The notes under the pieces: model-generated
What the model was told of the DNA's origin: nothing
Databases searched by the model: none
The model's input: the letters and a program-made list of their open reading frames with translations, nothing else
DNA from: a virus
Strand: one strand, 5' to 3'
Length of the DNA: 64,000 bases
Virus record (IMG/VR): IMGVR_UViG_3300006750_000004
Location: 1-64,000 of that record
In this document: piece by piece, positions 58,228 to 64,000 of the stretch
Position numbering within the stretch: the stretch's first letter is position 1
How the letters are laid out: every line of letters starts with the position of its first letter
Position numbers and translations under genes: made by a program

Positions 58228-59971
58228 GGCAGATAGTTGTGAAACCAAACCATTCCTGCCACGAAAGGGATCTGAAGGGGATGAGGTTTGTGACAAGTAC
58301 GGGAATCGTTGGAAGTATGATCTAGAGAGTAATGGTTGGATTTCTTCTGGCACGATTACTGATACTCCATTAGTCACAGAGAAGATAGATGGATTGATTA
58401 CATCTGATGCTTTTTCCAATCTTCGGAAATTGCAGACGTACGTTGATCTGGATCCGGACCTCAACACCTTTAAGATGCTCCCTGGTAGGGATGCATATTG
58501 GTACTATTTCCGATCCAGCGATAAGCTCTTCCGGTTTAGGCAGGAAGGAGAAGATTGCCTCCGTGTCGAGGTGGATAAGGGGCGGTTTTTTCAAATTTTG
58601 ATGAAGGAGGTGTGCCCCGGTACTAAGGGGCCAAAGGGAGAGAAGGGCGATAAAGGATTGCCGGGTAATGTTGGGACGGCGGAGGTTTGCTTTACTCCGT
58701 CAGCGATTAATGGCGATCAGATGGATTTCGCCATTTTTACCCCGACTCCGTTGGTTGAGAATGGTCCGATATCCCTGCCCGGTGGTGTTGTGCCTAATGT
58801 CTCTGTTCGGTTGTTTGAAGCAACTATCCCGATTGGTGCGACAGCTACGCAACAAGACCAGATGCAAGATCTGGCTATCTTCTTCAACAATCATGATCCA
58901 CGAGACGAGATACTTCCCAAATTCCAGGCTACTAGGGATTTGTTGCGGAAACGCAGTATGGGAATTATTGCTCAGGATAGTTTGTGCCAGATTCCTTTGA
59001 GTCAGGTTGCTGTTTTACCGTCTGGCACTACGTTAGCTGCTGCACCAAGTGTTACGGTTGAGGTGAATCCGGCAAATCCGTCTCAAGTCACTATTAGTGG
59101 TACTATTCCGGTTGATAATGTCCGTACTGCTAATTCGATTCAGTTTGATCCAGAAACGAATATTGCATGCGGTTCTATTATTTTGGAGCCAGGTAATCAA
59201 TGGTCTGACTTGGAAGCTGATGATTGGTGTATCAAGTCTCGTCAGAAAGGGCCGAATGGTCTGAAGGGGGATGCTGGAGAGTGTCGTATCAAGATCGTTG
59301 AGTGTTTGATCGATGATACGAATATTCGTGCTACGTGTCCTATTGTTAATGCGAGACTCGATTGTGATCGTGAGATAATTTATACCTTATGTTCTGATTT
59401 ATTGACAGAAATCTGTGTCGATAAAGTTAGTTTGCTCCCTGAGTCGACGACACTGGCGAATACCAATGCTTTTAAGAGTGTTTTTGCTGCGGCAGAGATG
59501 ACTCTTGAGGAATGTAAGAGAATCAACCGCTACAAAGTGGGATTAGAGGCGGATGAGCTGCCTGAACTTGATTTGTTGCATTGGGACCCACAACCAGGTT
59601 GTTCTACAAGGAGGCATTATGACAGACACAAGTTTAATTGGATTCCGGACACTGACCTTCCAGCATGTGATTCAACCGCTGCTTGGTTTGGGCCTGATAC
59701 GGTTCGATCTGGGAAGTATCCGCATGAGATTGTCATACCTCCAGAACCGCCAGTTGACGAGTGTTGTCAGGATGAATTCTTCTATTGTCCCAATGTTCAG
59801 GAAGCACCATGCACTGATGACCCGCCATCACCGCCATCACCGCCATCGCCACCGTCATCGCCGTTAGCGGCAGCAGCGGGTCGTGCGGAGGTAGGCGATA
59901 TACCGCTTGGTGGGAGACCCTCTTCTCCTCAACTTCAAATGGGTACGCGTAAGTGGCAGGTAAGGACTTAG
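58220..59971 (+). CDS. Cys-rich virion structural protein with short collagen-like segments
   Basis: GTKGPKGEKGDKGLPG, KGPNGLKGDAG; DKYGNRWKYD; PPS repeats. Confidence 0.65.
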   Translation: MSMADSCETKPFLPRKGSEGDEVCDKYGNRWKYDLESNGWISSGTITDTPLVTEKIDGLITSDAFSNLRKLQTYVDLDPDLNTFKMLPGRDAYWYYFRSSDKLFRFRQEGEDCLRVEVDKGRFFQILMKEVCPGTKGPKGEKGDKGLPGNVGTAEVCFTPSAINGDQMDFAIFTPTPLVENGPISLPGGVVPNVSVRLFEATIPIGATATQQDQMQDLAIFFNNHDPRDEILPKFQATRDLLRKRSMGIIAQDSLCQIPLSQVAVLPSGTTLAAAPSVTVEVNPANPSQVTISGTIPVDNVRTANSIQFDPETNIACGSIILEPGNQWSDLEADDWCIKSRQKGPNGLKGDAGECRIKIVECLIDDTNIRATCPIVNARLDCDREIIYTLCSDLLTEICVDKVSLLPESTTLANTNAFKSVFAAAEMTLEECKRINRYKVGLEADELPELDLLHWDPQPGCSTRRHYDRHKFNWIPDTDLPACDSTAAWFGPDTVRSGKYPHEIVIPPEPPVDECCQDEFFYCPNVQEAPCTDDPPSPPSPPSPPSSPLAAAAGRAEVGDIPLGGRPSSPQLQMGTRKWQVRT

Positions 59972-59999
59972 CGTACGTAGTTGGAAACATGAGGATTCA

Positions 60000-61418
60000 A
60001 TGGCATCACTTATTGTCTATCTTGCGGATACCAAGTATATTGGTCGTACGTTGGCTGAAATAGCTGACAAAACACCACCGTACTTGCTTGAAGACTTAAT
60101 CATCTGCAATGACACCGGACAAGAATACGAAAATGATCGTGCTCTAGTGATCAATTCAGATAGGATTGGTCGATCTAAATGCTGGAACGAGGCTGCCAAA
60201 CAAGCTACGTCTGACGAATTGGTGTTCCTACGTGATACTACCAAACTGAGTAAGGACTGGTTGCAACCACTTATTTCGAGGGTGAAAGGATCTAACTCCT
60301 TGGTGAGTCCTAGAATTCACACTTTAAATACTGATTTCTGGAGTACCGAGAATGAGTCGTGGCGGCGATTTGGGTGGAGATGGGATCTGTCTTTATATAG
60401 TCGCCAAATGCTTCGGAATTCTGAATCTCCGGCGGTATCTTCTAATTGTATTGCTGTGACAGCTGATTGGTTTGAGCATCTTGGTGGGTTTGATGAGGGG
60501 ATGGTTGCTGGGGTTGGTGAGGATATTGAGCTGTCGATTCGGTCTTGGTTATTCGATGGGAAGGTCGAGGTTGAGGATGATAGTTTGATTGCGGTTCGGT
60601 CTGAGATAGACAATAGTCGGCATACGATTAACAATTTGGCGAGGATTGTTGAGATTTGGATGCCAAAATATTCCAGCCGGTTTTATTCTGCCAGGGATGT
60701 GAAGCCGAGTGAATTGGATACAGGTAAGTTGTCTAATCTGATGATGCTTCAAGATAGACAAATCCACAAGATTTCATGGTTTCTTGAGCGTTGTCAGCCA
60801 GAGCTTGGTGATGTATATGACTTGAGGGGGACGGCGTCTGGCAAGTCTGTGGCGGTTATTGGTCCTGGTGCTTCGGTGGATTTGATTGATCCGTCATTGA
60901 TTTATCGTCATGATTTAATTATCTCTGTAGATTATATGGGGATGGCGTTTGAGTCTGATTATGTGGTTACGGATTTGTCGCATGTGGCGGTTGAGTTGAG
61001 GTCGCGGTATCGGGACAGGCAGTTTGTGTTGCCATTGGCTTTGGCGGATCGGACTTCGGCGGAGTTTATTGCTGCTGGTGAGGTGGTGGTTGATTGCTAT
61101 CAGTTTGAGTTGTCTGGTTTGCGTGGTAGAGTGATTTCTGATTCTCCTCCATTTTGCAATTTTGAGCAGTCGTTGCATTCGGCCGTGAATTTTGCTTTGT
61201 TTTTGAACCCTAGGACAATTTCATTATTCGGGTGTGATAATAAAATTGTGGGGGATAGGAGTCATTCGGCGAAGATAGAATATTATGATGATGGTAGGTT
61301 GTGGCCGGATTCTGATGCTACTCGGCGGAAGTTTGCGTATTCCGAGTTTGGTATCGGCCAGCTTGGGAACCTTGCTTATTCTTTGGGTATTCCACTAATC
61401 CGGATGAATCATACATAA
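60000..61418 (+). CDS. GT-A glycosyltransferase (ppGalNAc-T-like) fused to a Maf/DUF115-like domain
   Basis: VSPRI, LGGFDEGM...GEDIELSIRSWL.DG, NLARIVEIWM; then AVIGPGAS, AVNFALFL....SLFGCD. Confidence 0.72.
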   Translation: MASLIVYLADTKYIGRTLAEIADKTPPYLLEDLIICNDTGQEYENDRALVINSDRIGRSKCWNEAAKQATSDELVFLRDTTKLSKDWLQPLISRVKGSNSLVSPRIHTLNTDFWSTENESWRRFGWRWDLSLYSRQMLRNSESPAVSSNCIAVTADWFEHLGGFDEGMVAGVGEDIELSIRSWLFDGKVEVEDDSLIAVRSEIDNSRHTINNLARIVEIWMPKYSSRFYSARDVKPSELDTGKLSNLMMLQDRQIHKISWFLERCQPELGDVYDLRGTASGKSVAVIGPGASVDLIDPSLIYRHDLIISVDYMGMAFESDYVVTDLSHVAVELRSRYRDRQFVLPLALADRTSAEFIAAGEVVVDCYQFELSGLRGRVISDSPPFCNFEQSLHSAVNFALFLNPRTISLFGCDNKIVGDRSHSAKIEYYDDGRLWPDSDATRRKFAYSEFGIGQLGNLAYSLGIPLIRMNHT

Positions 61419-61420
61419 CC

Positions 61421-61744
61421 ATGGTAGATATTGTAGTTTCAATCTTTTTGATGGGGACCTTGGTGTGTGAGATCGCTGTTGTGGTTTTGGCTTACCGGGT
61501 CGTGTCTAAGATTGGAAGTATTCCCGCCAGTACTTTGAGAGACATAGCAAATGCCTGGAGCGAACGACGAGTTGCTCCGGTCGATGAAGCATCAACTGGA
61601 TATAACGAGAGCGAAAGCAGACAGCGAGCAGCCACAAAAGTCGAAGAAATCCCGCCAGAAATCTTCGCACCAAGTCTCAAAAAACCGCCAAGGCCCGAAG
61701 GTGGTTTCGGCTCTCGTGTCAGTAAAGATGATGGCGATCCATAA
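61421..61744 (+). CDS. Single-TM hypothetical protein
   Basis: N-terminal hydrophobic helix. Confidence 0.55.
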   Translation: MVDIVVSIFLMGTLVCEIAVVVLAYRVVSKIGSIPASTLRDIANAWSERRVAPVDEASTGYNESESRQRAATKVEEIPPEIFAPSLKKPPRPEGGFGSRVSKDDGDP

Positions 61745-63257
61745 TTTTTCCAAAAAGATAAGAGTCCAAACCCAAGAAGTAAAGGTAGTACAATGCGAGA
61801 CGAAACCGTTAGCCGAGATGCCGCAGCTAAAAGCGAGTGCTGTGGTGGAGCCGAGAGTCAAGAAACTCCCCGAGAGGAAGAAGGCTGTTGCGGCAGAAAA
61901 GCTTCCAACCAAGAAGCCGATTCTGGGTGTTGTGGAGATGACCCCACTCCTACCAAGCTCCAATCCAAAACTTCCACAGACACCACTCCCACCAAGCTCC
62001 AATCCAAAACTTCCACAGACACCAAGTCCAAGCCCGGTGGCTGACGCCCTTTCAAGCGATAGCCGAGTTTCGGCTAATCCGAACTATCAAGTATACAGGC
62101 TCGGTGATGTCTTCACCGGTAGGAGAATATTGATGAAACAATTAGGGATTGATATCGGGACCAAAACTGTTGTCGTTGCCTATCGAGGTGATGACGGGGA
62201 AATTGGATATATCTCCGAAATCAATGGATGGTGGCCATTCGAGCGAGCCACAAAGTTCATTGAGAAACTTCTGGCCGATCCGACTAAAGTCCGATCTGAT
62301 GGTACGCAACGACCAGCTCGTTGGATTAAGATGCCAGAAACCAATCAAATCGTCGTATTAGGTAAAGACGCGGAAGAATTTGCGTATGCTAAGAACGACA
62401 CCCTACGCCGCCCTATGGCCGAGGGCGGTATCTCTGCAGACGAAGAGGCGATGATTATTCTTGCTAGTATCGTCCAAGGTCTTATGGAAATGGCGGAGAC
62501 TGAGTTAGGTGAATTTGGTGATTCAGTAAAGATTACTTATTGCACCACTGCCCCAGCCATCAATAAGAGATCCTCTAATGTAGAGTATCACGAGAGAGTC
62601 GTGAACTTGATCATCGAAGGATATGAAACCAAGGCCAAAGTTGAGCTGGTTGGTCCATACGACGATCATCAAGGTGCTATAAAAGAATCGCACGCTATCG
62701 TCCTGGATATGGACGATCAACACGGCAATGAAGGTACTGGCATTGGCATCTCGTGGGGGGCTGGTACCGTCACAGTCAGTTACGTGAAATGGGGAGAGGA
62801 AATCTATTCGTTCTGTTGGGTTGGTGCTGGTGACTGGATTGATAATGAAGTGGCTAAACGGCATGGGTACGAGCCTGATGTTATGAGTATAATGAAAAAG
62901 GCTAAGGAAACACCTACTACCGTTGCCAAGCGGAAAGAGACAGTTGACCTAACCCCAGGAATAGAACCAGAAGATCGCGTTGGCCTAGATATTGTGCTAC
63001 ATTATGACGTGCTCATCGCCAAAGTCATTGAAGGTGTGGTAGCCGGATTTGTAGAGAATGAAGACAGAGCCCGTATTGATGGTGCTGTCAATATTTATAT
63101 GGCTGGTGGTACTAGCTCCCCACAAGGATTCGTGGAACGTGTGGCTGCCAAGTTTGACGAGAAAGATCTACCGTTCGAAATCGGTCAGATTTTCAAATCT
63201 GATAAGCCTCTCTATTGTGTGGCTACTGGTTGTCTCAAGGCAGCTGAAATGTTCTAA
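61728..63257 (+). CDS. Actin-like ATPase (MreB/ParM superfamily); core starts at 62133, with an in-frame Pro/Lys-rich extension
   Basis: GIDIGTKT, LRRPM..G, ESHA, GISWGAGT, AGGTS, PLYCVATG. Confidence 0.82.
   Translation: MMAIHNFSKKIRVQTQEVKVVQCETKPLAEMPQLKASAVVEPRVKKLPERKKAVAAEKLPTKKPILGVVEMTPLLPSSNPKLPQTPLPPSSNPKLPQTPSPSPVADALSSDSRVSANPNYQVYRLGDVFTGRRILMKQLGIDIGTKTVVVAYRGDDGEIGYISEINGWWPFERATKFIEKLLADPTKVRSDGTQRPARWIKMPETNQIVVLGKDAEEFAYAKNDTLRRPMAEGGISADEEAMIILASIVQGLMEMAETELGEFGDSVKITYCTTAPAINKRSSNVEYHERVVNLIIEGYETKAKVELVGPYDDHQGAIKESHAIVLDMDDQHGNEGTGIGISWGAGTVTVSYVKWGEEIYSFCWVGAGDWIDNEVAKRHGYEPDVMSIMKKAKETPTTVAKRKETVDLTPGIEPEDRVGLDIVLHYDVLIAKVIEGVVAGFVENEDRARIDGAVNIYMAGGTSSPQGFVERVAAKFDEKDLPFEIGQIFKSDKPLYCVATGCLKAAEMF
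61944..62024 (+). repeat. 39-bp near-perfect tandem duplication (PLxPSSNPKLPQT twice)
   Basis: Read directly from the sequence. Confidence 0.9.
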
Positions 63258-63281
63258 ATCGATAGGATTCTGTAGGACTTA

Positions 63282-64000
63282 ATGTTTACAGATGAAGGCG
63301 AACCTCTCTGTACCGCCCCTTTCACCAGCTTCCTTGTAGACGTCAACAAAGGTGTGAGGCCATGCTGTGTCTGGGAAGGACCATATCTAGGAAATCTCAA
63401 AGACTCCGGTATTCGTGATATAATTAACGGAGCCGAATGGGTCAAACTCCGGCGACAAATGATGATGGGTCTCTGGCCCGACAGTTGCTTAGAATGTCGT
63501 CATCGTGAAGAAAAGACCGGATGGAGCGTCAGGAAAGAATTCCTAAAAGGAGGAATTTTCCATAGCGACAATTGGAAAGAGATAACCTATATAGAATTCA
63601 GTGATTCTAATGTCTGCAATCTCGCTTGTATGCATTGTTCCGCCGGATTCAGCAATAGCTGGATACAACAAGAGAAAATTTTCCAAGACATATTACCCGA
63701 TCGACAAAGCCCAGAAGACAACACTAGATATAGAACCCATGAAGTCCATGCACCAGATGAATCAGTAATAAACGATATTGTGTCCAAAGTAGAGCTTGGT
63801 TATCTTGAACAAATCATGATCAAGGGCGGTGAGCCGATGCTCAACAGTGATGTGGCATTACTTCTAGAGCAATTGGACGCGGCCGGTATCCTAGCACTGA
63901 TTAAGGTCAACATGGTTACCAATGGGACACGCCCACATTCAACTCTCACCGACAGAATTTATAACTTGTTAACTAAAGCTCGCGAAGTGCACTTCGACGT
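63282..64000 (+). CDS. Twitch/SPASM-domain radical SAM protein, truncated by the window edge
   Basis: Manual translation: CTAPF...RPCC...C.EC, SNVCNLACMHC (CxxxCxxC), KGGEP, VTNGT. Confidence 0.88.
   Translation, partial: MFTDEGEPLCTAPFTSFLVDVNKGVRPCCVWEGPYLGNLKDSGIRDIINGAEWVKLRRQMMMGLWPDSCLECRHREEKTGWSVRKEFLKGGIFHSDNWKEITYIEFSDSNVCNLACMHCSAGFSNSWIQQEKIFQDILPDRQSPEDNTRYRTHEVHAPDESVINDIVSKVELGYLEQIMIKGGEPMLNSDVALLLEQLDAAGILALIKVNMVTNGTRPHSTLTDRIYNLLTKAREVHFD

Overview
This gene-dense window (standard code) looks like part of a huge/jumbo tailed-phage genome. It carries gp46/gp47-like SbcC/SbcD, a DinG helicase, two sigma-like genes, an actin-like ATPase, HNH endonucleases, a 2330-aa tail adhesin and a collagen-containing virion protein, and no ribosomal or other cellular core genes. 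A Planctomycete-like CsrA hints at the host. About a third of the window is glycan machinery: GT2/GT9-like enzymes, GDP-fucose synthase, KdsA, a CMP-ulosonate synthetase, a GT29 sialyltransferase-like enzyme, Maf-like transferases, split transketolase, a GmhA-like isomerase and a BNR sialidase-like protein. Three things stand out. (1) An ATP-type PurZ (Z-genome enzyme) lies near a nucleotide N-deoxyribosyl hydrolase-like gene and a DeoC-like gene, with no DatZ/MazZ in the window; a phage NucS is also present. (2) A 5-kb array of six genes is built from 11 copies of a YxGLEDxDxF acidic tag, most preceded by a putative prohead-protease site and each followed by a different, mostly Zn-finger, cargo, suggesting a shuffled, virion-packaged polyprotein effector system. 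(3) A ~620-nt highly structured non-coding RNA candidate sits inside that array, with a canonical CsrA-binding hairpin and a 33-nt segment perfectly antisense to the neighbouring polyprotein gene. All calls come from reading motifs by eye; no database searches were run.
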